A stretch of 64,000 nt of DNA from Eledone cirrhosa (Eukaryota), in assembly GCA_964016885.1 (NCBI GenBank), contig OZ024746.1, forward strand, positions 19,592,001-19,656,000, in the 5' to 3' direction. The translations under genes were made by a program, and so were the position numbers. Of this stretch, positions 30,019 through 46,425 are shown piece by piece. Within the stretch, counting starts at the first letter, position 1. The number at the start of each line of letters is the position of its first letter. The notes below the pieces were generated by a model. That model did no database searches, was not told the origin of the DNA, and was given only the letters and a program-made list of their open reading frames with translations.

Positions 30019-30264
30019 GCAAAAGGGATATTTAATTTGTTGGTAATTCAACAAATATTGATATTATACTCCAGAAAACATGTCGAGTGCTTCGAATCAG
30101 TTATAAACATATATATTTGTTGAATTACCAACTGATGCGAAGCACTTGACAAGTTTTCTGGAGTATAATATCAATGATATTAATAAATGGAAACTATATT
30201 TATAAATAAATATGGTTTTATAAATATAGTTTCCATTTATTAATATCATATATATATATATATA

Positions 30265-30560
30265 GAGCAGTATGGGAGCATCCCAAAAGTCAGCTCAAAA
30301 GTGACACAGAGGAGACTGAGGTTAGCTGGACATGCTCACCGACATCCAGAGTTGACATTGCACTCAGTGCTCCTTTGGGAGCCCCTACATGGACACACTA
30401 GAAGAGGAAGACCAAGGTTAACATATGTTGATGCCCTAAGGACAGACACTGGTCTGTTGGAGATGCAGGATATGGCAGCGATAATGAGGGACAGAGACCG
30501 CTGGAGAGAACTCGTCCATGGATCTCGGGAATTTTACCCGCCTTAGATAGATAAATAGAT
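30265..30560 (+). mobile_element. RTE-clade LINE 3' end
   Basis: QRRLRLAGHAHRHPE..VLLWEP.HG..RRGRPRLTYVDAL..MRDRDRWR; stop followed by (TAGA)n tail. Confidence 0.88.
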
Positions 30561-31043
30561 ATATATATATATATTATTCTTGGAATATATTTATTCTTGT
30601 ATATAAATGGAATAAACCAATTAACTAGTTAAAAGGAACATTTTGTAACTAATTTAAATTTGTAATCATTAATAAATAATAATCAAGTATAATTATTATA
30701 AATTTATGTTGCTCGAATTTTTTTTATAGAGAAGGGCGTCAAATTTCATATAGCTTAGGGGCTCAGCAGGAGAAAGTCTGACCCTGGTATGTGTATTCTG
30801 GAGACAGTATATAAGAAAGAGTATGTGTGTGAAAAAATGAGGAGGGGGGGGGGTAGAAAGAAAGGGTTGTAAAGTTACGGAAACTAAAATCTAATGGATA
30901 AATATACAAAAAACTCACTTCAAAAACATTTCAAAAGGCATTTACTATGTTGATGTTGCTTTTAAACATACTAACGTCATTCCATAGATAGCTTTTAGTC
31001 AAAGACCACGTGTGTATGGTGAATAAACAGAAGAACGTATGGC

Positions 31044-31137
<94 letters not shown>

Positions 31138-31194
31138 TTGGTGGTGGTGGTGGTGGTGGTCTTGGGAGGCAGCAGCAGCAGTAGCAGCAGCAGC

Positions 31195-31231
<37 letters not shown>

Positions 31232-32053
31232 TAAGCACCAAGCTGATGAGCCTCTGGGTTCGAAACAGACTTTAGACTTTTTTTAGTCCTCCAAGGCGAA
31301 TAAGACTAATACTGTCGATGCACAGTTGACATTGTTGCAGGCAGACTCATGCAGGAAATATATTTGTAAGGAGAGAATTCGAGAAAGACGACTGGACCGG
31401 GCAAGTTGAACACTATGGCTGATGAGTGCCTGAGTGTAGATGACATAGGGCCAGCCTACTCCGAGTAACAGTAGAAAAGTAGAGAGGGGGGGGGTTAGAA
31501 CAGAACGCCTATGAACTAGAGACTAGACTTTATGCCAATCAGACAGGTGACCATTTATAAATAAATAAAGATGGCGTAAGCATACAATACAACGGGAGGA
31601 AACATAATAGCACCACTGACGATGTTGCAGATGTGCAACGAAAGAACTTTGTTAGACAATATATATGTATTTGTGTCTATATTGTATCTGTATTTTTGAC
31701 CGTTGGTCAGTCAATGGTAACATTGAGGACCGAATAAATTAAATTAACCGATATAAAAGACACAGAAGCGAAAACCAACCAAACAATGAGTGTGTTCTGT
31801 TATTAATTCTGGCAATATTATTACACAAATATGACCCTCCCCAAGTATAACAATATTTGTTTCGACACACGATTTCATATCAAAAACATCGCAAAACTAA
31901 TTCATCGCCGTTATATATATATATACGGTCCTTGCCATTCTGAGTTCAAATCCCGCCGAGGTTAACTTTGCCTTTCATCCTTACGGGGTCGATAAAATAA
32001 AGTACCAGTAATGCACTGGGTAATTGCTGGCCTTGTGCCAAATGTAGAAACAG

Positions 32054-32129
<76 letters not shown>

Positions 32130-32431
32130 AGTAATAATAATAAATAAATAATAAATAAATAATAAATAAATAATAAATAAATATATATATATGTATGTAT
32201 ATAACAGCTGATGAAGGGTTTCTTCTCTTGTTTCGTCCAAATTACCATCTTAAACTTTGTTTACAGTAACCATACAGCTCGCTTGGTTTCTTGTAATTTT
32301 ATATATATATATATAGTAATAATAACAAATGTGAAGACTAAAATCCAAAGAGGGCTCGATAAGGATAAATATATATCAAATATATAAGAACACAAGAGCA
32401 AATATTCATTAAAATATTATTATTTTAATAA

Positions 32432-32615
<184 letters not shown>

Positions 32616-32797
32616 CGTAAACAGAAATAAGAAAGAAAAAATCGGCTCAGTACAATGAAGAAATATATAAAATTTGATAAAGCTTGATATAGCTGGAAAA
32701 GTGTTTACGTTTCGGACACTAGTCATTCATTAGAAGATAGAATGAGAAATAAAAGATCAAATAGAAAGATAGAGAGTGAGAAGGGGAAGAAACGTGA

Positions 32798-32841
<44 letters not shown>

Positions 32842-32884
32842 CAATGTATATATGTGTGTATATATATATATGTCAATGTATATA

Positions 32885-33008
<124 letters not shown>

Positions 33009-33482
33009 CATTCATAAATACATATGTGTCTGAGAGTGTGCGTATATAAAAAAGCACACAACACACATATACACGCTACCTTAGTTGTGCTTATGTGCGT
33101 AGTGTTTGCTTTCTATACGTAGAAATTCCCACACATAGAATTTGGGGGAGACTAGACAGATCTAACGAACGACATTGGTATACGTCGAAACAATATAGAA
33201 GACGGGGTGGTGTGAGGAGAATGAGACGGGGGCATAGAGGTAAGGGATGGGGGGAAGCTAGTGATGTAGTTCTCAAAGAGATGTGACAGCTGACAGACAC
33301 TGCTGCAATAGACGGGATTCTCAATTCCAACAATGTGTTTATAAATGACTTCCATCTCGAAACGAGAACAGAAAGACGAAACTATTTGCTGTGCGCCTGC
33401 ACGCGAAAGCACATAAACGCACACATACACACACACATACACGCGCACACGCACACACATACACACTCATACACATACATTC

Positions 33483-33524
<42 letters not shown>

Positions 33525-34239
33525 GTATACCGCGTGTGTGTGTGTGTGAGCGAGCGTGGCTGTATGCATATATGTGTGAATGTGTGTGTGTGTGTGTGTG
33601 TATGTTTGTACATACGTGTAGATACGTGTGTGTGTGTGTGTGCTTGTGTACGGATGCTGAATGTGTGTGTGTGAATGTGTGTGTGTGTGTGTGTGTGAGG
33701 GTGTGTGTGTGTATATATACACATATGCCAGAGGATAGTTTATCACCGGCGTTGACACATTTTTCAAAATGGCTGTTGAACGAAGCACCAATAACATCAG
33801 CATGCTTCGGGAAACTCCGAGTACCCAGGATGGTATATATCAATTTGTCATGTGTTTTACATAATATATTTACCTCTATGTTTACATATTCAGGGCTCTT
33901 TCTTTGGTGATTACAAACCCACATTCAGACAACGATATATATATATATATAGCTAGGTGTTGCTTACGCCATTTGTGATGATGTTGTGAGGATGCTTGAA
34001 CTAATTCATATGTCAGTATATCATAGAATGGAAACTGTGATACTATTTTTAATGTTTATTCATGATGATGACATAACTTATACATAACAGTTACCATCGG
34101 AATACGTATAATAGTGATTAATTCAACAATAAAATTATGTAAATTCTTATTTACGGCTTCTAATTGATTGTTATATATACATTAAAAAAAAAGGCCATGC
34201 TCATGCAACACATGTGAAAGTTGTTACATACATACATAC

Positions 34240-34831
34240 ATGGTGGCTGCCAACTCGTTTTCGAGTACGGCCACTACTTTATATCCATGTAGGAGAACGC
34301 CTACCGATGCGCTGAACGAGTGTGATTTTTAGTCCAGCCAGCGACTTGAAAACTCTGGTACAAACACTACACTTGTGACAATTATTGACACACAGTGCTG
34401 GGCCCATGGTACCATGTGATGACAAGTGCAGAGAGATCTACAGATATAAAGCAATGCCTGTGCCGTGAAGCTTTTATAGTGAGCAAAGGCACTGCACAAA
34501 GCCAGTCCCACTCTCTTAACCAAGATGATATTTACCAAAAAGAAGAACAAGTCAACATCATTGGATACCATCAGGGTTGCAGGTGTTATATCAGAGTTTT
34601 CCTTCTCCTAGAATTCTGCCTTAACAAAGGCTAAGGGGTCATCTTTCCCGGTGATTTTGGATGGCTATTGACTCTTAAGAGCTCCTTTGCCCTTTGACAG
34701 GTTTTGTTTTTAGTCCTGCAGGATGTCCAAAGTCACCCTCCTCACCAAGAAACCTTGGTGGGGTTGCCAGTTTAGTCGCCAACGACCCGACCATGAGACA
34801 GGTTGTACTGGGATACATGTTAGCGGTAGCA
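34240..34831 (-). mobile_element. RTE-derived non-autonomous element in (TACA)n
   Basis: Same family as 15888-16495. Confidence 0.85.
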
Positions 34832-35664
34832 CATACATACATACATACATACATACATACATACATACATACATACATACATACATACATACATACATGC
34901 ATGCATGCATGCATGCATGCATGCATACACATAATGGTTTCTGATTTAAGCAGAATACCAACAATTTTGGGAGACGGACTCCAGTACGAAACTGGTATGG
35001 TATTATCGACTGCGAAAGGATAAAAGACAAAGCTAACTTTGGCGGGATTTGAACTCAGAACGTAAAGTTACGTAACGATATGCCACAGAGCATGTTGTCC
35101 GATACTACTAATCCACCCCTCTTATAAATATAATTGATATGTTATAACTATGAACATTTCAAACGAAACTTAATCCTATGACATTCACAACCAAATCCAG
35201 CTGCGAAGAAACATTGCATGTGTTTCACACACTGCTATCTTTTGTTTATACATCAAATTTAGTTGTTGTCATCTTCAGTTAGTTCATTTAAAACCGAGCC
35301 TTAAATCTTTCAGGTTTTATAAACAACTATTTCACCACTTCTAGAGCCACATGAGAAAGTTACCTTACCCTATGTATAACTTCAAGACATGTTAAACAGA
35401 AAACTTTCAACTCAGTATTAAATTTTTTTTTAATTATTATTATTTTTTTGTTTATGTTTTTCTTTTGCTGTAGATCCTACGATGAAACGAGAACATCTAT
35501 TGCCTCGTTTTGATTTTACCTCTAATGTTATTTGTTTGATTAAAGTATCAATATTGATTAAAGTATCAATGTTATGAATTAATGTCAGGATTCTCACTCT
35601 TTCTTTTTCTCTTTCTTTCATTCCTTCTTTTTTTATAACTTTTTGTATTATTTCATATATATAA

Positions 35665-36420
35665 TAGTAAAGATATCAGTATTATATATATGAAATATTG
35701 AAGATATCACTATTTCATATATATAATATTAAAGATATCACTATTTCATATATATATAACATTAAAGATAAGATATCATTATTATTTGGCAGTATCCCGC
35801 CGAGGTTAACTTTGTCTTTCATCCTTACGGGGTCGATAAAATAAAGTACCAGTCACGAACTGGGGTCGATTTAATCGACTTACCCCTCCCCCAAAATTGC
35901 TGGCCTTGTGCCTATATAAAAAATCATTATTATTTGGCAGTATCGGTAGAGGGTTGGACGCCATGCTTTCTAGCATAGTTACGTCCCTTTACAGTCTGAG
36001 TTCAAATCCCGCCGAGGTTAACTTTGCCTTTCATCCTAAAGTCGATAAAAATAAAGTACCAGTAATACACTGGGTAATTGCTGTCCTTGTGCCAAAAGTA
36101 GAAACAATTATTATATATGTGAAATATTAAAGATATCACTATTTCATATATATAATATTAAAGCTATCATTTTTTCTTATATATAATAATAAAGATATCA
36201 TTATTTCTGCCTTTCATCCTTACGGGGTCGATAAAATAAAGTACCAGTAATACACTGGGTAATTGCTGGCCTTGTGCCAAAAAGTAGAAACAATTATTTC
36301 ACATATATAATAATAAAGATATCATTATTTCTTATATATAATAATAAAGATATCATTACTTCATATATACAATAATAAAGATATCATTATTTCATATATA
36401 TATAATAAAGATATTATTTT
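35665..36420 (+). repeat. ~28-30-bp AT-rich minisatellite with three plus-strand SINE pieces (35786-36296)
   Basis: TAA(T/A)AAAGATATCA(T/C)TATTTCATATATA repeated on both sides of the SINEs. Confidence 0.8.
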
Positions 36421-36425
36421 ACATC

Positions 36426-36766
36426 CTGTATTTGCCGGTCTATTGGACGCACTTTTAAGGGGAAAAAAACATTAAAAAATGTTCCATGTATCCAATACGC
36501 CCGTATCACCGATGGGAGGCTGAACAGAGGGTGAGAACGATCATGGTTTAAAAGATTTTGTTTGTTTTACTATTAGTATTACTAATATAGTAATACAATA
36601 CAATTTATATAAGCAAAATAATGTCGAGTTTCTGAGAAAAAAACAAGGAAATAATTTTGAATAAATTTATGAAGGAATGAACTAAAATTCTTTTTTTCTC
36701 AAAATGTTCTTGTAAAAGCAAGGGGCGTTTTATACGAAGTGGCGTTCAATAGGTCAGCAAATACGG
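36426..36766. mobile_element. Tc2/pogo-like MITE
   Basis: Imperfect TIRs CTGTATTTGCCGGTCTATTGGACGC / GCGTTCAATAGGTCAGCAAATACGG. Confidence 0.65.
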
Positions 36767-36959
36767 TTTATAATATTAAAGAAGTCATTATTTGCTCAAA
36801 AGATGACAGCTAGAGATTGGTAGATATTTTATAAATCGAACTGTTGTTAATTACTTGAAGAGTATCTAAATAAGAAGAATTGTTTGACATTAAAGCGAAA
36901 CTTAGTTTAATGTGTAATATGAAGATTCAATTAATCCAGTTGTAAGTTGCTCGTTGGTG

Positions 36960-37310
36960 TTAGTTGGTATGGTATGGCATGGTCCTGTAACTCCCGAGGG
37001 AGTCGTAGGCGCGCCATATTGACATACGGCATTTCTAAGGCAATTTTTTAAACTTGGCGAAGCCCATCTTCTTTCCAAATCAGAATACCGCAGATTTCTC
37101 CCAGAGAAGTATAGAGAGTGAGAGAATGGAAAAATGAGAAATAAATATAAAAGAAGAATCGACCCCAGTTCTTGACTGGTACTTTTTTTTGTCGACCTTG
37201 AAAGGATGAAAGGCAAAGTTGACCTCAGCAGGATTTGAACTCAGAGAGCCAAAACGAATACCACAAAGTATGCTATCCAACGTTCTAACGACTCTGCCAA
37301 TTTGCCACCT
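36960..37310 (-). mobile_element. Long-tailed SINE subfamily copy
   Basis: Homologous to 6200-6551. Confidence 0.8.
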
Positions 37311-37959
37311 TTTGATGTGTAATATAAAGTCCAAAATAACCCTGTAGTAAGTTGCTGGTTGATGTTAGTTATTGGTCGTTAAATAAAGGATGAAAAGAAA
37401 TAGTGATAAAATAAGATTTATTTTAAATTAAAATTTGTTGTTCAAATACGCCTTTACTTCAAACCTAAATAATAAAATATCACATTCAGCTAGTGTACTA
37501 TATATGTTTATGAAGTTTCGTTGTTATATTGTTAGAAAACCTATCCCAGAAAGTTAAGACAAAAGACGCGTTATCTTCATTGTACTTAAAAGACTGATAA
37601 ATGCTAACCATACTTATCTACAAAGTTTGTCCCAAATACTTCCTATCTTTGACTTTAGTTGTATTTTCATTCGACGTCTAAATCTGTTATTCTTTATTCC
37701 CACAAGAATTCCAAAATTGGCGTTTCGCTTCATACTGATTAGGTAACTCTTAAAACATATACAGAGCATGGACACACAGTGTGAATGTATGTCCATGTGC
37801 ACTCCATGCTCACTATGTGTTTCAAGAGAGAGGCAATCAGTATATATGGTATATAGTGTAAGGCTAACTAACAATAAAAAAAAAACAAATACAGAGAAAG
37901 GTTACAGAACATGTTGTTAGGTTAACATTTAGGCGAAAACTTTAAATAAGTTACACACG

Positions 37960-38002
<43 letters not shown>

Positions 38003-38220
38003 ACACACACACACACACACACACACATTATATATATATATATATTAAAAAAAGAGGGTGCACAAGACAAAGACAATGGAAGAAAGAACCGAAAGACAGA
38101 CAGCTAACCTCAGTTAACCTCTGGAAATCACTACGGTTTTGGTATTTTAAGGTCGTTACCCTACGCGATAAATCCTTATTCCGTTGATCAAGCAACTGGA
38201 GCACTCATCGTAATGAATGA

Positions 38221-38294
<74 letters not shown>

Positions 38295-38459
38295 ATTGGA
38301 ATCATTTGCATTACCTAACCAACTGATCGCTTGCATAAAATGTGTGTGTGCGTATGTGTGAGTGTGTGTGTGTGTGAATGTGTGTATATGTGTGTATATG
38401 TGTGGGAGTGTGCGTGTGTGTGCATGCGTGCATGAGAAAGTGTATCTGTGCGCGTATAG

Positions 38460-38508
<49 letters not shown>

Positions 38509-38619
38509 ATGTCGTACCCACATATATGTGTATGTACCATACGCGCATATATATATCTATGTATGTATATATATATATATACACAGATACACAGACAGAC
38601 AGACACACACACACACACA

Positions 38620-38653
<34 letters not shown>

Positions 38654-38706
38654 ATGTCGCACCCACATATATGTGTATGTACCATACGCGCATATATATA
38701 TCTATG

Positions 38707-38770
<64 letters not shown>

Positions 38771-38778
38771 GACACACA

Positions 38779-38853
<75 letters not shown>

Positions 38854-39023
38854 GTATGTATGTATTTCATTCGAGGAGTTTCTCTAGCTGTGTTCTTTGA
38901 TACTTAAGTAGATATACGATTTCAGAGTGAATAATAATTCTCATACGCAAATCTGTTTCTGATTAATGTTCGTTCCACTGACAGCCTTGACTTGTTCTTA
39001 CTGATAAAGAAAAGCAAACTAAT

Positions 39024-39101
<78 letters not shown>

Positions 39102-39126
39102 GTATATATGTGTATATATATATATG

Positions 39127-39218
<92 letters not shown>

Positions 39219-39312
39219 AGGGTAAACCGTACCACACACGCACACATACACATATATATATACACACACACATATATATATACACATATATATGTATATA
39301 CACATATATATA

Positions 39313-39357
<45 letters not shown>

Positions 39358-39456
39358 GTGTATATATATATATGTATATATGTATATATGTATATATGTA
39401 TATGTATATGTATATATGTATATATGTATATATGTATATGTATATATGTATATATG

Positions 39457-39998
<542 letters not shown>

Positions 39999-40087
39999 AT
40001 ATATATATATATATATATGTATATGTATATATGTATATATATATGTATATATATGTATATATGTATATATATATGTATATATATATG

Positions 40088-40534
40088 TAAAGTTATATTT
40101 AAAATTGTTGGGTTACAACTAGTAAATATTTATAACTGATATAAAAGCACTCGACAAATATTTGGAGTATATTTACAATATTAAATAAATGGAAAACTAT
40201 ATTTATAAAACCATATCTATTTCATTATATATATTTCGGGGATATCATATTAACAATATGCTATGCCTTCATCAGACAAAATACAATATAAACAGTTTTA
40301 TAGATAAATATATTCGACATACCGTAATAAACATCAACTTCATTTGCTAGCGTAAACCTCTCCAAATGAAGTTGATGTTTATTACGGTATGTCGAATATA
40401 TTTATCTATAAAACTGTTTATATTGTATTTTGTCTGATGAAGGCATAGCATATTGTTAATATGATATCCCCGAAATATATATAATGAAATAGATATGGTT
40501 TTATAAATATAGTTTTCCATTTATTTAATATTGT
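40088..40534. mobile_element. HHR family B element with 172-bp fold-back; HHRs at 40218-40283 (minus) and 40426-40491 (plus)
   Basis: Arms 40175-40346 / 40363-40534; TATTTTGT-CTGATGA..GAAA-TATATA-TA-ATGAAATA. Confidence 0.8.
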
Positions 40535-40754
40535 TATGTATATATATATATATATATATATGTATATGTATATATATGTATATATATATGTATATATGTA
40601 TATATATATATGTAAATATATATATATATATATATGGGTGTATATATATATTCATATATATATATATATGTGTGTGTATATATGTATATCTATATCTATA
40701 TATATGCGTGAGTGTTTATATATATATGTATATATATGTATATATGTTTATGTG

Positions 40755-40799
<45 letters not shown>

Positions 40800-40820
40800 T
40801 ATATATATATATATATATGT

Positions 40821-40960
40821 GAAGGCGCATGGCTTAGTGGTTAGAGCATTGAGCTTGCAATCGAAAGGTTATGAGTTCAACTCTCGGACCAGGTGATGTG
40901 TTGTTTCCTTGAGCAAGACACTTTATTTCACGTTGCTCCAGTTTACTCAGCTGTAGAGTA
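40821..40960 (+). mobile_element. CORE-type tRNA-derived SINE
   Basis: TGGCTTAGTGGTTAGAGC A box, GAGTTCAACT B box, CCTTGAGCAAGACACTTT core. Confidence 0.8.
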
Positions 40961-41114
40961 CCGCCCTGCCCGCCCAGCCAGTGGGATGGCGTTATCTTAT
41001 GGCTAAAGCAGCACGACGTCTGAATGGACGCCCGACAGACTGGTCGGTCAAGGTGATCAAGGTTACATATATATATATATATGTGTGTATATGTATATAT
41101 ATATATGTTGTGTG

Positions 41115-41146
<32 letters not shown>

Positions 41147-41153
41147 TATATAC

Positions 41154-41186
<33 letters not shown>

Positions 41187-41294
41187 CATACATATATATA
41201 TATGTGTGTATATGTATATATATATGTGTGTATATATATATATATTTATATATATATATACATATACATATATATATATACACATATATATATG

Positions 41295-41325
<31 letters not shown>

Positions 41326-41332
41326 GTATATA

Positions 41333-41374
<42 letters not shown>

Positions 41375-41386
41375 TATATATACACA

Positions 41387-41429
<43 letters not shown>

Positions 41430-41514
41430 GTGTATATATATATGTATATATATATATAAATATAAATATATGTATATATATATGTATACATAGGTATATA
41501 TCTATATACATATG

Positions 41515-41549
<35 letters not shown>

Positions 41550-41551
41550 AC

Positions 41552-41597
<46 letters not shown>

Positions 41598-41934
41598 TAC
41601 ATACATCTATGTGTACAGAGGCGCAGAGAGACTGAAACGCACTAATATGAACGATTGTAAACCTTAATAAGTGCACACATATAGAGACACATATTAGCTG
41701 ATTGTACATGTGTTGAGGTGGGGGGAGGAGATGATGATGGGGGGGGGGGAGATGATGATGAGGAGGGGGTGAAGGGGAGTGGATAAGAAGAAGAAGAAGA
41801 AGAAGAAGCTGACTAGTTGCCATCTTTTTGGACGGAACTCTCAAAGAACAAGAAAAAAACAACAAAGAGGCAAAGAAAGAAACAAAACGAATTTTAGTAT
41901 TATTGTTGTTTAAAAATAGAACAGATTCATTCTG

Positions 41935-43322
41935 ATGATGGTGGTGATGATGATGGTGGTGGTGGTGGTGATGGTGGTGGTGGTGGTGATGGTGGTGGTG
42001 GTGGTGATGGTGGTGATGGTGATGGTGATGGTGGTGTCGATGGTGATGGTGATGGTGGTGATGGTGGTGATGGTGGTGTCGATGGTGGTGATGGTGGTGA
42101 TGGTGATGGTGGTGATGGTGATGGTGGTGGTGGTGATGGTGGTGATGATGATGGTGATGGTGGTGGTGGTGGTGATGGTGATGGTGGTGATGGTGGTGGT
42201 GGTGGTGGTGGTGGTGATGGTGGTGATGGTGATGGTGATGATAAGAGGGGTGGTGTGATAGTGGTGGTGGAGGTAGTGGTGGTGGTGGAGGTAGTGGTGG
42301 TGGTTAAGGTAGTGGTGGTTGTAGTTGGTAGTGGTGGTTGTAGTTGATAGTGGTAGTGGTGGAGGTAGTGGTGGTGGTAGTTTGTAGTGGTGGTGGTAGT
42401 GGTGGTGGTGGAGGTAGTCGTGGTGGCGGAGGTAGTGGTGTTGTTGTTGGTAGTGGTGGTGGTGGTAGTTTGTAGTGGTGGAGGTGGTGGTGGTGGTGGT
42501 GGTGGAGGTAGTGGTGGTGGTAGTTTGTAGTGGTGGTGGTGGTGGAGGTAGTGGTGGTGGTAGTTTGTGGTAGTGGTGGAGGTAGTGGTGGTGGTGGAGG
42601 TGGTGGAGGTGGTGGAAGTTGTGGTGGTGGTGGAGGTAGTGGTGGTGGTGGAGGTAGTAGTGGTGGTTGGTAGTGGTGGTGGTGTTGGAGGTAGTGGTGG
42701 TGGTGGAGGTAGTAGTGGTGGTTGGTAGTGGTAGTGGAGGTTGTGGTGGTTTTGGAGGTAGTGGTGGTGGTGGAAGTAGTAGTGGTGGTTGGTAGTGGTG
42801 GTGGTGTTGGAGGTAGTGGTGGTGGTGGAGGTAGTAGGGGTGGTTGGTAGTGGTGGTGCAGGTGGTGGTGGTGGTGGTGGTGGAGGTAGTGGTGGTGGTG
42901 GTGGAGGTAGTAGTGGTGGTGGTGTTGGAGGTAGTGGTGGTGGTGGAGGTAGTAGGGGTGGTTGGTAGTGGTGGTGCAGGTGGTGGTGGTGGTGGTGGTG
43001 GAGGTAGTGGTGGAGGTAGTAGTGGTGGTTGGTAGTGGTAGTGGAGGTTGTGGTGGTGTTGGAGGTAGTGGTGGTGGTGGTGGAGGTAGTAGTGGTGGTT
43101 GGTAGTGGTGGTGGTGGTGGAGGTAGTGGTGGTGGTGGTGGTGGAGGTGCAGGTGGTGGTGGTGGTGGTGGAGGTAGTGGTGGTGGTGGTGGTGGAGGTA
43201 GTAGTGGTGGTTGGTAGTGGTAGTGGAGGTTGTGGTGGTGTTGGAGGTAGTGGTGGTGGTGGTGGAGGTAGTAGTGGTGGTTGGTAGTGGTGGTGGTGGT
43301 GGAGGTAGTGGTGGTGGTGGAG
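41935..43322 (+). repeat. (GGT/GAT/AGT)n trinucleotide low-complexity tract
   Basis: Directly visible, with higher-order repetition. Confidence 0.95.
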
Positions 43323-43774
43323 TTAATGTCAGTAATGGTGGAGAGAATACTAAGCAATTTTTTGTTCAAGATAAGCCATATCTTAGTTCTGCTATTGTCT
43401 CACTGATTCCAGTCTAAGAAAAAGTAGCGTCAGCTATTCACAGGTGTCCTCTCAAGAACATGGCTCACCGCCCCTCTCTCTCTCCTTTCCTCTCACTTTA
43501 TCTTATCCCCCCCTCCCTCTCTCTACCTCTCTCTCATCCCTCTCTTTCTCTCACTCAATCTTTCTGTCACACACGTGTGATCATAACACATTTACGCACA
43601 AAGATTTCTTGCTAAAATCTTTTACTATAAAATGTTCTCATTTTCTTTATAGTTTGTCTTCATTTACTATAAAAAGAAAAAGTTGATCCAATGAGATAGG
43701 AGAAGTCTCTACCAAAATAGATGTTAAACTTTCTCTGAAACGATGAAATGATAACTTACCGTCTTAGAAAAAGA

Positions 43775-44715
43775 TGTCACAGATGAAAGAGATTCCGGCA
43801 AGGCCAGGGAGACTGGAGACCGGAGAGATCGAGGCTAACCTATCTGACAGCCAAGGTGGCCTGTTGCCAATCGGTGCCATCAAACCGGGCGTTGTATATC
43901 TGCCGAAGCGTTCCACCGCCGATGCGTTCGCCAGTCGGATACAGGCGTTGAGATCTGTAAAGATGCGTGGCTGTAGCAGGGGTCACTGTGGAAAGTGTAT
44001 AGAAGCTTCGGTGTGGCGAAGCAGTTACTTAACCTGGAAGAGTCCCGGTTAGGCGTGGATCAGATTCAGTCTGCTCGTCAAGGTTTCGAATTGTTTCTAC
44101 TTTTGGCACAAGGCCAGCAATTATCCCAGTGCATTACAAGTACTTTATTTTATCGACCCCGTAAGGATGAAAGGCAAAGTTAACTTCGGCGGGATTTGAA
44201 CTCAGACCGTAAAGGACCGTAACTCTATGCTGCAAAGCTTGGCGTCAGACTGACGAAGGTTGGACATGAGGGTGGAGCGAATGGTAGGTGGTGGTGGTGG
44301 TGGTGGGGGGGGGGGGGGTAAGGACGTCTTCTATAGAGGTCACCAACACCCGGTGGAGTAATGATCGCACATCCGAGATGGAGACCGCGAAGCCCTCTGC
44401 GTCGTAATTGACGTGCAACGACCTCCAACTTGGATCAGTTGATCTCGGGGGCCGATCCTTGCAAAAGCGGGAACCACTGATCGGATATCGTGGCAAATAC
44501 TCTCTGTGGAGCCAGCCATGGTTGCATCATCCGGGTTCCTGGCGCTGAAAGCTGTGAAACTCCGAGCAATGAATCGCCCTGTTGAACGCCAGTTGAAGAT
44601 GATATATCGTTACCCGCGGGAAGGAACGTTGATAGACGGCCGGGGCTCGGCTAAAGCAGGCCTCGAAGAGATGGTCGTGGCGCAGGCTGTTGAAACCTGT
44701 AGATTTGTCCATTAT
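43775..44715 (-). mobile_element. CRE-clade non-LTR retrotransposon remnant, RT region (SINE inserted at 44090-44246)
   Basis: Frameshifted: DKSTGFNSLRHDHL; PDDATMAGSTESICHDI..IG (YLDD region); EIN*SKLE; NCFATPKLLYT; NARFDGTDWQQATLAVR. Confidence 0.78.
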
Positions 44716-45020
44716 ACAGCAAATACGGGGCTCGATTCACTCAGGCGTTTCTTTCATCATATTTCGAACGTATAAATGTTTCAGCTTATTTTAATCTTAT
44801 CATTCAAAATCTTAACTATATATATGTGTGTATGTGTGTGTGTGCGTGTGTGTGCGTGTGTGTGTACGTGTGTACGTGTGTGCGTGAGTTTGTTTGCGTG
44901 TTTATTGTGTGTGTGTGTGTGTGTGTGTTTATTATGTGTATGTGTATTTATTGTGTGTATGTGTGTGTATAATGTGATTTCCTGAGAAATTCTCAGTAGA
45001 CATTCTTCACCATTCAACTC

Positions 45021-45101
<81 letters not shown>

Positions 45102-45516
45102 GCCTATCTATCTATCTCTCTTTCTCCCTCTTTCTCTTGCTATCTCTTTCTCTTTCCTCTATGTTGTTTATTTTACTAACCTCATTCAGTTAAATCGCCA
45201 CTTGACTTATTTACCTACATTTATACCATGGATATACTTGGATCATTTGCCTGTCTAATAAAGAAATCATTATTCCTCAGAAAATGTTAACCATTAAAAA
45301 GAAATTCAACAACAATGACCTGGGCGTCTTAATGTTAATTTTATTTTATTTTATTTTTTACTTAGAAGTGTTTTAACTAGTACAACATTTAGAAACACAT
45401 TTTAATAATTTCATTGCCTGAATGTAAACAAAGCCGACAGCAGAAACAATGTAATATTAAATAACATTTAAAGTTTTTCAATATTTCTAGCCAAAAAAAA
45501 AAAAAAAAAATGAGTG

Positions 45517-45581
<65 letters not shown>

Positions 45582-45594
45582 TATGTAATATATA

Positions 45595-45744
<150 letters not shown>

Positions 45745-45747
45745 AAT

Positions 45748-45814
<67 letters not shown>

Positions 45815-45815
45815 A

Positions 45816-45892
<77 letters not shown>

Positions 45893-45909
45893 AATATATA
45901 TATATATAA

Positions 45910-46003
<94 letters not shown>

Positions 46004-46135
46004 AGGTTGAGGCTGTATATAAAATGTAGTCCATTATTATGAAATAATATTATTAACATCAACCTAATAACAAGAAACACCGAAATAAACTAATAAACTA
46101 CGCCCATATATATATATGTATATATACACACACAC

Positions 46136-46224
<89 letters not shown>

Positions 46225-46382
46225 TTGGAATAAATGCTCTGAAATAGCGATATATATGTGAATATAGACATAGAATATTCGAAAATATTCTGTATGTTTA
46301 TAATAAACATTTTGAAGACCTAATCGCTATAGAATAGAATACGTCACGTATTACAATTAGATTCTCGATAAAAGCAAGGGAA

Positions 46383-46425
46383 GTAATCTACGCGTTTCAT
46401 TCTCGTTAGAAATCATCAGGACTAC
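46383..46425 (-). ncRNA. Type-I hammerhead ribozyme (also 46693-46735, 47003-47045, 47313-47355)
   Basis: Reverse complement of the motif at 47793-47835. Confidence 0.85.

Noticed and set aside
41927-43369. 480-aa Pro/Thr/His-rich ORF (extensin/mucin-like)
   Set aside because: Translation of a (GGT)n tract; composition switches with frame, non-ATG start, no unique domain.
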